IMG/VR virus record: IMGVR_UViG_3300020042_006769
Location: 1-39,575 of that record
Origin: a virus
Lineage: Duplodnaviria; Caudoviricetes
Length of the DNA: 39,575 nucleotides
Reading direction: 5' to 3' (one strand)
Shown: positions 26,704 through 36,706 of the stretch, piece by piece
How positions within the stretch are numbered: position 1 is the first letter of the stretch
How the letters are laid out: each line of letters opens with the position of its first letter
The notes under the pieces: model-generated
Told to the model about the DNA's origin: nothing
Databases searched by the model: none
What the model saw: only the letters and a program-made list of their open reading frames with translations
Program-made: the position numbers and the translations under genes

Positions 26704-27582
26704 TTAGACTCCAAAGTTCATGCTTGCAAAGTTAGTGGATTCGTAAATTTTGAAATATTTGAAAACTGGATCGGCTGTTGCACCTAGTCGGGTTCCGTCA
26801 GCGGCAAGAAGGACTGGTTGCGTTACTGGCTCTTGTTCATCGTCCCTTGCTCGAACAGGATCGCCGCCAGAATTGAGATAGTAAAACCCTTCGTGAGCCA
26901 ATCGCAGATACCATGCCTGGTCGTTGGTGGTGTCTGCCAGTGGTTTGCGTGCCAATATCTGAACCGTCACATCCCAATAATTGCGTTCGTTCAGCGTTAC
27001 CTGTTGGGCTTCGATGCTGTTGATCTTCAGCGTGCCTGCTGGGAATCCCATGAACGTCGAATCGTTTACCGTGTCGATGTACTCATAGAATTCATAAGGT
27101 CTGAAGGTTGAGAACTTCTTTTGCAGCGTGATCGTCAGATTGGAAAACGTCGCTTGGATGCCTAGATATGGTTCTTTCGCAGCGTTCTGGATTCGTCTTG
27201 ATGGAACATCAACCGTTGAATCAATGCTCAACTGTTCCGATGAAGTACCGTACCGAATCTTGGTGCTTTCAACCGTTGGATCGCCGCCAGGATTCTCGTT
27301 TTCGTTGTACGGTACGGATTGGTAGGTTGCAGTCGCTTCAAAGTAGATCGGGCTAATCCGATTGACCGAGACGCCATTGCAAAAGTAAAACGGGAATTCA
27401 GGATGTGCTGCACCTTCAATTACGCCTTCGCCAATCGCCAATGCTGCTCTAGCAGATAGCGAAGTCGCGGTTGTGTCGCTCGCCAGATTAAATTGACGGG
27501 TTGCCGAGATTGTTACCTTGTTCTCGTCGTCGCGTGTTCCGCTATTTGAATCGGTGAATGTTTCTAGGATGGTAAATGCCAT
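26704..27582 (-). CDS. Tail (distal/baseplate-like) protein
   Basis: Directly after the tape measure; HP.F, NAA.EP, VN..TF.GFPAGT motifs. Confidence 0.65.
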   Translation of the reverse strand: MAFTILETFTDSNSGTRDDENKVTISATRQFNLASDTTATSLSARAALAIGEGVIEGAAHPEFPFYFCNGVSVNRISPIYFEATATYQSVPYNENENPGGDPTVESTKIRYGTSSEQLSIDSTVDVPSRRIQNAAKEPYLGIQATFSNLTITLQKKFSTFRPYEFYEYIDTVNDSTFMGFPAGTLKINSIEAQQVTLNERNYWDVTVQILARKPLADTTNDQAWYLRLAHEGFYYLNSGGDPVRARDDEQEPVTQPVLLAADGTRLGATADPVFKYFKIYESTNFASMNFGV

Positions 27583-28763
27583 TACGCACCCCCCGAAATT
27601 TCAAAGACTTTTTCCTCTTTCTTGGCTTGTAGCTCTAGCAATCGCTTTGTTTCTTGTGCGAGCTTCTCTTGTCGTTCCAGAATCATCGTTTGTTTCTTGG
27701 TCACTGCTAATTGCTGGCTTTCGATTCCACCTGCCGCAGTTGATCGAGACAGCACCCGTTCTTCGCGTCCTTGCAAACTGGTATTGGTATCGACCTTGAT
27801 TTTCTCTAAATCGCTGATCTCTTTTTCAGTCGCCTTGATTGCGTTTGCTGCCGCTTTAATCTGCAAGTCCATCTGCTTGAGAGTGGCTTTTTCTTTTGCC
27901 TTCTGCTGCTTTTCTTCTTCGCGTGCGTACTGTTTCGCCATGTCCTCTTGGAACTTGAAGAATGCTTCCGTCAGCTTTTTGCGGTTGTCGAGAGCTTGCT
28001 TTTCGCCGTCTTGGCGTTGTTGCTGCTGGGCTTCCCATTCGCGACGGGCAACCGCACCTTCTGAAAAGCGAGACTGCAAAATATCGTCATAGACTTTTTT
28101 GGATGCCCGCAAGGTTTCAAGGTTGGCTTTTGCTGCGTCTACTTCCTGTTGTGATACCAGATAGATTGACCGCTTGGATTCCAGCGTTGCCAATGCCGCT
28201 TTTGCTAATTCGACTTGACCGGCTTTGCCCTTCTGCTCGATCTCAAGGCGTGCTTTCAGTGTTGCCTCATCTTCGCCTTCCATCGTCGTGCCGAACTTCT
28301 CAACGTCGGCAACGTCCCGATTGATTCGCGACAACTCAACAGCCTGAATCTCTGCTCCAAGTTTTCTGGATTGTTCGGTTGCTTTGGTGAGTTCTTCAGC
28401 AAACTTTTTCGTCTGGAATACCCATTCCGCGATCTGCTCTCCAACCTTGTAGCCAGCAATCGCAGCAAGTCCAACGAGTCCTGCCTTCAATGCCAATGCA
28501 CCTGACCCGCCGCCCTTCAGTGCTTCCATTGCACCTTTGCCAGCTTCCGATAGTTCTTTAAGTTGTGCTGCCGAATCCGTGATCCAACCCGCTCCGAGAA
28601 CATTGGCAAACTTCTGGATTGATTCAGAACCCTTAGCGGTACTCTTGGACGTTTGCTCAACGCGGTCGCGAAGCAATTCCATTTCGCCCGCTGACTTTTT
28701 AATAACAGCAGTAGCGTTGTCGGTTGCTGACAAAACAATATCGATTGATTCTTTTTCAGCCAT
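27582..28763 (-). CDS. Short tape measure protein
   Basis: I.I.LSATDNAT start; A/G-rich hydrophobic stretch; coiled coils; follows the chaperones. Confidence 0.7.
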   Translation of the reverse strand: MAEKESIDIVLSATDNATAVIKKSAGEMELLRDRVEQTSKSTAKGSESIQKFANVLGAGWITDSAAQLKELSEAGKGAMEALKGGGSGALALKAGLVGLAAIAGYKVGEQIAEWVFQTKKFAEELTKATEQSRKLGAEIQAVELSRINRDVADVEKFGTTMEGEDEATLKARLEIEQKGKAGQVELAKAALATLESKRSIYLVSQQEVDAAKANLETLRASKKVYDDILQSRFSEGAVARREWEAQQQQRQDGEKQALDNRKKLTEAFFKFQEDMAKQYAREEEKQQKAKEKATLKQMDLQIKAAANAIKATEKEISDLEKIKVDTNTSLQGREERVLSRSTAAGGIESQQLAVTKKQTMILERQEKLAQETKRLLELQAKKEEKVFEISGGA

Positions 28764-29421
28764 TATTTAAACCGCTCCGCTTCAACCCTGTTTTTCTCGT
28801 CAGCGTAAAATCCGCAATGAGTCAGCAATGATGCCGACTGATCTAGCAATCCGCCGCTAACCGGCAGGAATCCTCTTTCCATCCATTCCGCGTATTTCAT
28901 CACCTCTTTTGCATCTCGCGTTATCTCTTTTTGTGGGCAGGAATCTAGTTCGAAGTAACCTGTCTGGTTGCACTTGTCGCACCCCAATTCATTGCATGAC
29001 GGGCAAGCTAACCTAACTCCTAAATCCTTGCACTTTCCGCCAGTACACGATTTGCAAAGGACGCCGCCGCGAATCAGTGCTGTAACTCTTAGCTTTTTTT
29101 TTCCTCATATTTAATCAGTGAACCCGAAACCAGTTTTCGTAAAATCTCAACCATTCCAGTCCGAGTAAAAGCATCTTCGATATCGTTGCTGGCGTAACCT
29201 TCAATCCGATCGACGTTTGCTTTGAATAGCTCCGTTAGACGGTCTTGGAATGCCTCGCTTGAATCGTCAGGGGTTCGTTTCCAAAGCTCATCAAATGCCG
29301 CGTCATAGTCTCGCTGCTGCCTGGCTGATTTGGCTTTGACGATGCAGCAAGGGGGATTCTCGATGCCCTCATGTCGATCCAAAACAATCTTGCCGAGTTC
29401 TCCCGGCTCTAATGCAAACAT
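28763..29421 (-). CDS. Tail assembly chaperone G (29089-29421) and GT extension via -1 frameshift
   Basis: GAA AAA AAA AGC TAA (A9 at 29094-29102). The -1 frame is open (KLRVTALIRGGVLCKSC...) through to 28763 and includes LP.SGGLLDQ. Confidence 0.8.
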
Positions 29422-29422
29422 A

Positions 29423-30349
29423 TTACGGCCCTGCAAACAGAATCGTTAGCTCGTCATTTCCGCTATTGCCACGATTCAATTGATAAGTCAGTGTGTCGGT
29501 TTGCAGTCCTTCGCGTTCAGCCTCCTGCACGTTGGTGAGCTGAAACTTCGATCCTGTGAATGTGATTTCATCGGTTGAATCGACCAGCGTTGCTGTTAGC
29601 ACTCGCTCGACTGGCGTGATCCAATCTGAGTATGGTGCATAGGTCGCCACGAGCTTAGATTCTGGGTCGATCGCCCCGACTGGCAGTCTGTTTGTGATGA
29701 TGAAAGAATGCAACCCATTTACTGATGCTGAACATGTTCGTGGAGTAATGACGTTTCCAAAGTCAATTGTCATCGAAGAGAAGCAGGGAGTGACCGCAGC
29801 AATCGTTACCGTTGCCGATGTCGCTCGCATTGGCAGCAAGGTCGGATAAGTAGGGGCAAGAATTGCAACGTCGGTAGGTGTGACCCAAGCACCGGTAAAC
29901 GTCCAATTAAGATCGACGGGCTTGCCAGGAACGATTGTTACAACGCAATTGCCGACCGCTCCGCGAATTGATTTGAACGTTCCATCGATATAGAGGCCCA
30001 TCGTGAGCGTTTTGACGTTCGATCCTGGTGCTTCAGACTTAGGCGAAAAGGTTCCAGCCGAATTGGTGAATCCGCAAGCAGGCAAGAGGGTTGATGCCCA
30101 TCCCGGTACGCCTCCAGCACCGTCGCCAAATAGCTCAGTCCGAAATGTCAGCGTGCCAGATGCTTGACCAACCGACCCAGTGATTGAACCAAAGGCCGCC
30201 TGACCCATTCGAGATACGAACTCAATCGTGGGCTGAATAGTTGCGTCAAAAACATTAAACGCCGCGTCCGATCCTGCCAATGAAATAGCGGTTCCGACTG
30301 TGGTTTCAATCTTGGCTGCTAAAACTCGTTTTCGTGCCAGTAGTGTCAT
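29423..30349 (-). CDS. Major tail tube protein
   Basis: KRVLAAKIET.., LL.ACG, GAVG, DFGN motifs; position in the tail block. Confidence 0.8.
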   Translation of the reverse strand: MTLLARKRVLAAKIETTVGTAISLAGSDAAFNVFDATIQPTIEFVSRMGQAAFGSITGSVGQASGTLTFRTELFGDGAGGVPGWASTLLPACGFTNSAGTFSPKSEAPGSNVKTLTMGLYIDGTFKSIRGAVGNCVVTIVPGKPVDLNWTFTGAWVTPTDVAILAPTYPTLLPMRATSATVTIAAVTPCFSSMTIDFGNVITPRTCSASVNGLHSFIITNRLPVGAIDPESKLVATYAPYSDWITPVERVLTATLVDSTDEITFTGSKFQLTNVQEAEREGLQTDTLTYQLNRGNSGNDELTILFAGP

Positions 30350-30350
30350 A

Positions 30351-30920
30351 TCATTCCTCCGTGTTTTGCTGCCAGTTTAAGCCGCCTGATTTTTTGAGAT
30401 TCAAATATCTGATTCGTTCGGCAAGTTGTTTTTTGACTTCTTCAGTTGAGATTTCGACTACCCTGCTGAGACTTCGCTTGACCAATGAGCCAAAAGGACT
30501 TGCACCTTTCATCTTCAAGATCGGCCCACGAACTCCGCTTTCCGGTCTGGTGTAAACCTGCCCGCCGAACTTTTTGACGATAAACGCTCCCGGATAATGC
30601 GTTACGCCTTTCTTCTTCTCGATCCTCGCCGAGACGCCTTTTTTCGTTTCCCTTGCCTTGAAGTCCCGCAGCGGTATTCGCCATGACTTTGCAAGACTAC
30701 AAGTCACCTTCAGATTCTCACGTTGTTTCCTGATTTTGATTTTGCTTCGAACAACCTTTGCCGCTACGTTCAATTCTGCCGTGACCTGCTGCGTCATGGC
30801 TCGTGCTGTCTTGTTTCCTGCTTTGCCTAACGCCGCATAAGTCTCTTTCGCCAAGTTCTCGGAAACTGCATTCAACGAACCAATTAGTTCGTCAAGTCCT
30901 CTCGATTCAACTTTGATCAT
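30351..30920 (-). CDS. Lambda Z-like minor tail/neck protein
   Basis: Basic; GAFI.....VY.R....R.PI....G.S pattern. Start reassigned to MIKVES. Confidence 0.7.
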   Translation of the reverse strand: MIKVESRGLDELIGSLNAVSENLAKETYAALGKAGNKTARAMTQQVTAELNVAAKVVRSKIKIRKQRENLKVTCSLAKSWRIPLRDFKARETKKGVSARIEKKKGVTHYPGAFIVKKFGGQVYTRPESGVRGPILKMKGASPFGSLVKRSLSRVVEISTEEVKKQLAERIRYLNLKKSGGLNWQQNTEE

Positions 30921-31381
30921 GACCGCACCTCGAACGGATTGGATTCTGAAACTCGATACATTACCGCAATCGTTACTGATGCCGATTCGAAGCCGTCTTG
31001 CGTTGTTCTTTCGATATCGCCTACCTCGGCATTGATCGCTACGCCGCCGAACCTGTACCAATCAATGACATCAGTGATCGACTTAATAGCCGATTCTGCA
31101 AACTCTCCAATAGCCTTGTCTGCTGCGTCGGTATCATGAATTGATTGCAAAACATGCAGATAGATTTTGAGGTTAACCTGCCTGCCGATTGCTGGCGGAT
31201 TGCCGGGACAGTCGTAAGCAGTAAACCTGACTGCTGGAGTCTTGGCTAAAACGATCTGATGATCTTTTGGCACCCAATCGTTGATCCGCCTTGCCACTCG
31301 CACCACCTCGACAACGCCGTCGCAGTTGAGCAAACGTAAGTATGCCTCTGCTGCAATTTGTTCGTCGATGGTTAGCGGCAT
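30917..31381 (-). CDS. Tail terminator-like protein
   Basis: Position; C-terminal V.YR....PF. Confidence 0.6.
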   Translation of the reverse strand: MPLTIDEQIAAEAYLRLLNCDGVVEVVRVARRINDWVPKDHQIVLAKTPAVRFTAYDCPGNPPAIGRQVNLKIYLHVLQSIHDTDAADKAIGEFAESAIKSITDVIDWYRFGGVAINAEVGDIERTTQDGFESASVTIAVMYRVSESNPFEVRS

Positions 31382-31740
31382 TCAATCACCAGCATGTCGG
31401 CATCTTGCGTTATCAATCGCGTTATCGTGTGATAGGTTGCTGCCATTCCGTCTCTCGTTGGAAATAGCAATCTATCGCCACCCATATCAAGTTCCTCGCC
31501 TGTGATGCCGGTTGTGACATTGTTGGCAACATGAACTTCGAACACTGGCAGGACAGTCAGCGAATCGTTTTCGCCAACTGCCTCAAGTTGCTCGCGAATG
31601 ACGACTGCATTAATTGAACGGTCTGTCCTGACCGGCCTGCCGGGGTAGTTGTATGGTGAGTACACTACCGCTTCGGCAAATTGGTCAGTATTCAAGAACA
31701 CGCTCGAAACGTGCGAAGTCATCAAGTCGCGAAGTGTCAT
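31372..31740 (-). CDS. Head-tail joining (lambda FII-like) protein
   Basis: VFLN..FAE.V.Y.P ... GD pattern. Confidence 0.7.
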   Translation of the reverse strand: MTLRDLMTSHVSSVFLNTDQFAEAVVYSPYNYPGRPVRTDRSINAVVIREQLEAVGENDSLTVLPVFEVHVANNVTTGITGEELDMGGDRLLFPTRDGMAATYHTITRLITQDADMLVIECR

Positions 31741-31743
31741 TTG

Positions 31744-32409
31744 TTACCGTCGACAAATCACGTTGATGTAATCGATAACAACGGAGTCGGCGTTTGTGTT
31801 TGCTGCCTTCTGCAACTGGATAATCGGTTGCAAACCAGACGAGTACTGCGACATGTTGAAGGTTGTCGAAGTGCAAACCCGCTGTCCGTCGATGAAGAAA
31901 TGAACGTCAGACTTGCCGTTGCTGAAGTCGATGTAAAACCGCTTGTAAGTGGTTCCCAAAGTTACGCCGGTTGACTTGTCATCGTTGTCGGTCGTTCCGT
32001 CATCGGACTCACAATAGACCAAAGTTGTTGAGCTTGCTCCCACCATCTTGAACCATGCGTGAGCCGCGACGGAGTCAGTGGTATCGGCACGAGCAGAGCC
32101 AACGCCGAATACCAACTCGCTACCGCTGGTGAAGGTTGATGCACCAATCTTCACCCGCATTTCGACCGACTGAATGTTGTCGATGTCGAAATCCAAAGCG
32201 TCGTTGAAGTGCGAACAAATGTTGACAATCGCGTTGTCATTGTTCAGAGTCATCGTCAGTTCGCTGGTTCCCTTAGTGTAGGTTGGAGTTCCAGTCACCG
32301 AAGTATCGTCAACCATCCACGCGGTTGCCGGATCGGCGGAAGTTGGCAAGGTTGCCACCGTTCCGTTGAAATCATCGTAAAAAGTTTGAAAGTCTTTCAT
32401 GCCTGCCAT
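31744..32409 (-). CDS. Putative head decoration/structural protein (beta-sandwich)
   Basis: Directly after the capsid gene; FYDDF.G ... FFIDG ... IDY pattern. Confidence 0.6.
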   Translation of the reverse strand: MAGMKDFQTFYDDFNGTVATLPTSADPATAWMVDDTSVTGTPTYTKGTSELTMTLNNDNAIVNICSHFNDALDFDIDNIQSVEMRVKIGASTFTSGSELVFGVGSARADTTDSVAAHAWFKMVGASSTTLVYCESDDGTTDNDDKSTGVTLGTTYKRFYIDFSNGKSDVHFFIDGQRVCTSTTFNMSQYSSGLQPIIQLQKAANTNADSVVIDYINVICRR

Positions 32410-32442
32410 GATTTTTTCTATCCTTAAGTTTTGAGTTTATTT

Positions 32443-32482
32443 GAAAGAGAAAAAGGGGAGCATGGGCCTCCATGCCCCCTTG
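32443..32482 (-). terminator. Intrinsic terminator after the major capsid gene
   Basis: GGGGGCATG-GAGGCC-CATGCTCCCC followed by TTTTTCTCTTT. Confidence 0.7.
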
Positions 32483-32497
32483 GATCAAGCAACTACG

Positions 32498-34660
32498 TTA
32501 TGCAGTTGCGTATTTGTAAAGACCTCGCCAGTCAATGGCTTTGACGCCGAAAGTCTGTCGAACCTTGTACTTGTAAACGTCTTTGTCAAAGTCCCATTCC
32601 TGTTCGAGAACGGGTTGTTCTTCGCCTTGCAAGAAGGTCAATTCAACCGTGTCGATTTGTCCACTGTCAGCGGCAGCGTACCAAGCGGTTGTGCTGTTGC
32701 CGTCCAGTTGGGCTTCTTCAACCACGGTTAGCGTGCGTGAACCGCCGCGTCCGTAGATGTTTTGAACGCCGCTGTTGTTGTTGGCAGCGTTGTAGCTCAT
32801 GCTTGTGACCAACTCTTGAGCAGCAGGCCCAAGCGTTACAGGCACGATCAGGTAGCGTGGAGTGATGCCAAGTACAACGGAACTGTTAAGTCCCTTTTGC
32901 AACGCCATCGCGGTGAAGGCAGTATTCAGCGTTGTGACGCTGGGGCCTGCCGATGCTCCTGCCAGGTTGGTTCCGCTGGCGTGCGAACCGAACAAAGCAA
33001 CTCCGTCACCCATCAGGGCATTGGCTGTCAGCACTTCGTAAACCTTTTTGTTCTGGGTTCGTCGTGCTGCGTTGCCATGCATTTGAGGAATGCGGCTGAT
33101 TGCGTCAAGATCGTCGTTGACCACTGTTTCCCAAGAGACGGTAAACAATCGGCCAAACTTCTCAACAACGTAAGATTCTTTCGAATCGGTCATCACGCCT
33201 TCAGGGTACAGATCGTTTTCGGGAACTGCCAACAGGTCAGGCGATTCGCTGAACCGAACGCGATTGATAGTCTTGAAGTCCGCAACTGATGGAGCTTGAC
33301 GGGCCCAAATGTTCCAAGTGTAGGGTGCTTCGTCGTATCCCGCCAACAGCGTTTTGTTGGCTGCATTCAGCAACAGATTCGAAAACGTGCCAGTCGTGTG
33401 ATAGGCGTCTCGAATGATGTTGGCGTTTCGCATTCGCTCGATTGTTGCTCGGTGTCCGAGTGCAACCAATGCGATGTCCTTGGGGTTCATGCCAAGCGTG
33501 TTGATGCCTTCGGATCGCAGGATTTCTTCAGCCATTCGAAACATTCCGACTGATTGAAACTTGCGTGCGTCTTCGGTCAATTCGATTTGCTGACGAGAAC
33601 CGCTCGCCTTCAATGCTCGACTTATCAAACCCTTTTCGATGTCTTGTCGCAGGATGTCCCTGCCTTCTCGCTGTTGACCGAATTCTGACGAACCGCCAGC
33701 TCCGACCGGTTTTTGTGCTTCCATGATCTTCTCCAAAATCGACTGGCGTGCTTTGTCGAGGTTCACTCCGCTGTCACACAGCGAATCTGCAAATGAACGC
33801 TCGATCTTTGCTTGCTTGCACAACGCTTGGATTTCCTTGCGTCGTGTGTTATCTGCTTTCAAGGCACGCTCTACGGCGTCCTTGAGTTCTTCTTCTTTTG
33901 GTTTTTCGTCTGCCATTTCCTCGCCTTCCATGTTTTCAATTTCCGCAACTGGCTCCACGACCGGTTCCAGCACTGGCTCTTGCAGTTTGTTGGGATCGGT
34001 CATCAAACCGATTGCCCAAGTCAACGCCTGTTCTGCGTCTGCGATTTGTTCCGGCATTCCTTTTGCAACCAATGCTGTTTTGAGTTCTTCCGATAGCATT
34101 CTCTTTCTCTCCTTAGTGATTTCATAAGATCGCAGCAATTCTCTTACGGTACTTGTTTCGTCTGCTCCTGCTGCGACCAGTGAAGCATCAGAGGGTACCC
34201 AGTCAGTCACAATGACCGCCGGCCCTTCAACCTGTGTCTGTCCAATCAATTCCGATTCGCCTCGTGCAATGGCTCTGCCTTTATGCTGCAATGCGGTAAT
34301 TGAAAAGTCTGTTAAATGTCCGTCCAGCAACTTCTCGAATGCCTCTTGGCTTGCTGCGTCCTTGGCAAAGGTCGCATCTCCAACGAGTTCCGAACCTTCA
34401 ACGCGAATGTTCCGAACGGAGCCGAGTACATTGCGAACGGTTGAACGGTTGTGAGAATCGACAATCGGCAATTGGTTTTTCTTGCCACGGAATCTCACGC
34501 CGTTCATCGAAAGCACTTCGCGGTAGATTTCGCCGGTTACATCGTCAACCCGCTCAATTGGATTTTCGGAAGCAATCACGACCGGTACCGAACGGGCTTG
34601 CGTGTCGGCAAGTTCCCGCCGCAGTTCGACCATTCGCAAGATTTGCTTTGGTGCTTTCAT
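32498..34660 (-). CDS. Fused prohead protease / scaffold / Mu gpT-like major capsid protein
   Basis: N-terminal LP..DSH....VLG ... EASLV-like (DASLV..GAD); acidic linker; C-terminal E.Y....FGR, NDDL, P.YLIVP, DWRG. Confidence 0.9.
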   Translation of the reverse strand: MKAPKQILRMVELRRELADTQARSVPVVIASENPIERVDDVTGEIYREVLSMNGVRFRGKKNQLPIVDSHNRSTVRNVLGSVRNIRVEGSELVGDATFAKDAASQEAFEKLLDGHLTDFSITALQHKGRAIARGESELIGQTQVEGPAVIVTDWVPSDASLVAAGADETSTVRELLRSYEITKERKRMLSEELKTALVAKGMPEQIADAEQALTWAIGLMTDPNKLQEPVLEPVVEPVAEIENMEGEEMADEKPKEEELKDAVERALKADNTRRKEIQALCKQAKIERSFADSLCDSGVNLDKARQSILEKIMEAQKPVGAGGSSEFGQQREGRDILRQDIEKGLISRALKASGSRQQIELTEDARKFQSVGMFRMAEEILRSEGINTLGMNPKDIALVALGHRATIERMRNANIIRDAYHTTGTFSNLLLNAANKTLLAGYDEAPYTWNIWARQAPSVADFKTINRVRFSESPDLLAVPENDLYPEGVMTDSKESYVVEKFGRLFTVSWETVVNDDLDAISRIPQMHGNAARRTQNKKVYEVLTANALMGDGVALFGSHASGTNLAGASAGPSVTTLNTAFTAMALQKGLNSSVVLGITPRYLIVPVTLGPAAQELVTSMSYNAANNNSGVQNIYGRGGSRTLTVVEEAQLDGNSTTAWYAAADSGQIDTVELTFLQGEEQPVLEQEWDFDKDVYKYKVRQTFGVKAIDWRGLYKYATA

Positions 34661-36423
34661 TCAGCGATCTCCGTTTCTATTGCCCCGCTACCGTCCAGTG
34701 CGTCTTGAATCAAAGCGTCAATCGATGCCTGTCCCATACCGATAGATGACAGGTAAACCCTTGCCTTTTGCTCTGTCGTTTTGCCGTCTTGCAGTTCTGT
34801 TAGGATTGCTTCGATAGCCTTCCGATTCCTCTTAAATTGCAACGTCGATAAAGCCGCCATTTCGCCTGCCGGTTGATTCGATTCTGCCTCTGGATTTGCC
34901 TTCTGTGCGTTTGTCTCTGCCACTTGGGCATTGGCATTTTGTGCATTGGTCAAGGCGGCTTTTGCTGCTGCTGGTGAAGTCAAACCGAGCTTGGCAAACA
35001 GTGCTTCTTCTTTTGCTCGTTGATAGGCAATGTGTCGCCAATTGTGACCGCGTGACCCTAGCTCGCTGGCATAGGTAGATTGGTTGGCAACAATCGCCGC
35101 CTCGCCGCTGGATTGCTCAACACCTGGATCGACCCATTCCCAAGATGGAGGCATGAACTCAGCAGGAGCGAACCGACCGAAGTCTGCTTGTAATTGCTGG
35201 CTTGTTGGGAATCCGACCCGACCGGCTAATGCGGCTGACTCGCAAAACCGTTTCCAAGTTGGTGCGCAAAGATGGTCGATGAGATATTTCTGCCATCGTC
35301 GGAACCGTCTGCGATCTTCTAGCTGGCTTGTGCGTGAGCTTGAATAGTTGGTTTGTGAAAAGTCTCTTGCAACGATCTCGTAGGACAATCCAGTGCCAAC
35401 CGCGATACCGCGAAGCATTAAGTTAATCCAAGGTTCCGCACCGCTATTTGGACGACCGGGATTGAAGAACGTAACGTCCTCTCCCGGTTTCAATCGGAAC
35501 ATCATCCCCGGTTCCATCCACTCAGGAGTCGCGGTAGATTCCGTTTCTGTCTCGTCGCCAGGTAGTCCAATGATCGGGCTATCGCTTTTGATCGCTCCAA
35601 CGGAACAGGATGCAACAGCACCGGCCTGCATTTCGTTATCGACGTACAATCCAAGATCCCGCAACCAACGGACAACAGGAGCGAACCAAGTTATCCCTCG
35701 GTTCTGTCCAACTCGGTCACGCCGGAAAAGATGCTGAATGTTAGACGCTTCAATTCGTACCGGTTCCCGTCGAATGGATATCAAGTCGCTTGGATGGTTC
35801 GGATAAACCCAATAGGCAACCGGCATCCCGATTTCGTCGATCTCGACACCGCGAACCACTCGCAAGCCATTTGATTTCAATTGGTAGGTATCCCGATCGG
35901 TTGCCAGTCTATCCGCTTCGATTAGTTCCAAGGCAAACGGGACAGGCCGACGAATGCCGCGATAATCCATCGGGACAGTTACGAAGTGAATCAACAACTC
36001 GCCGGCTTCTGCGATTTCCCGTTGTGCTATTTGCTGGACTTCTTGAAACGTGTACTGTCCCGTTAGTTCTGCAACCTCGCACCATTTTGCCCAAACGGAA
36101 TCACGAATCTCGTTAACGTGTTCGATGTCCTCGCCGTCTTGCGTTTCGAGTGCCGACATTGTTTGAATGCCAGTACCGACAACGCTGGAAACGATGGTAT
36201 CGACCACTCCCCATGCGTAAGCGTTATTGCGAACCAACTCGCGTGCGTATGCTCTTGCAGAGTCCGCACCGAAGGGTGACATTAACTCTTGGTCTGCCGG
36301 TCTGTTAGAAGGTCGCTTGGTCGCATTTACGCCGCCGGTTTCGCCTGCTGCGTATGCTCGCTTGATTGGCTTGGAGCGAAATAGATTCGCGAATCGGCTG
36401 AGTAGTGATGGTTTCTTTTTCAT
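34657..36423 (-). CDS. Lambda-family portal protein
   Basis: ARELVRNN.YA, GVE.D..G.PVAY, R.GQ.RG, D.SQTNYSS.R, WVDP. Confidence 0.92.
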   Translation of the reverse strand: MKKKPSLLSRFANLFRSKPIKRAYAAGETGGVNATKRPSNRPADQELMSPFGADSARAYARELVRNNAYAWGVVDTIVSSVVGTGIQTMSALETQDGEDIEHVNEIRDSVWAKWCEVAELTGQYTFQEVQQIAQREIAEAGELLIHFVTVPMDYRGIRRPVPFALELIEADRLATDRDTYQLKSNGLRVVRGVEIDEIGMPVAYWVYPNHPSDLISIRREPVRIEASNIQHLFRRDRVGQNRGITWFAPVVRWLRDLGLYVDNEMQAGAVASCSVGAIKSDSPIIGLPGDETETESTATPEWMEPGMMFRLKPGEDVTFFNPGRPNSGAEPWINLMLRGIAVGTGLSYEIVARDFSQTNYSSSRTSQLEDRRRFRRWQKYLIDHLCAPTWKRFCESAALAGRVGFPTSQQLQADFGRFAPAEFMPPSWEWVDPGVEQSSGEAAIVANQSTYASELGSRGHNWRHIAYQRAKEEALFAKLGLTSPAAAKAALTNAQNANAQVAETNAQKANPEAESNQPAGEMAALSTLQFKRNRKAIEAILTELQDGKTTEQKARVYLSSIGMGQASIDALIQDALDGSGAIETEIAE

Positions 36424-36635
36424 CGGCTTGGCCTCGTAATTCGTGCCAAGCGGATTGCACCACCGCTTTGTCGCTGGACTTCATTCAGCAATAATCGCCG
36501 CTGTTCAAACAGATTCGGCAAGTCCAGAGTGGTGACGGATCGCGCACCGATAGAATAAGACGACGCACCTCCGGTCAGGAGTGCTTCTATTGCGATTTCG
36601 ACTTGCGTAAGAAGTGCAGACGGATCTAATGCCAT
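36420..36635 (-). CDS. gpW-like head-tail adaptor
   Basis: AI..LL.G..SYSIG.RSVT..DL..L pattern; immediately before the portal. Confidence 0.8.
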   Translation of the reverse strand: MALDPSALLTQVEIAIEALLTGGASSYSIGARSVTTLDLPNLFEQRRLLLNEVQRQSGGAIRLARITRPSR

Positions 36636-36706
36636 TCACGAAATTTTATCGGAACGGCAGAGTTTTTAGCGTGCTTGTTTTACTACGCTATAGCAAACAC
36701 AATCGA

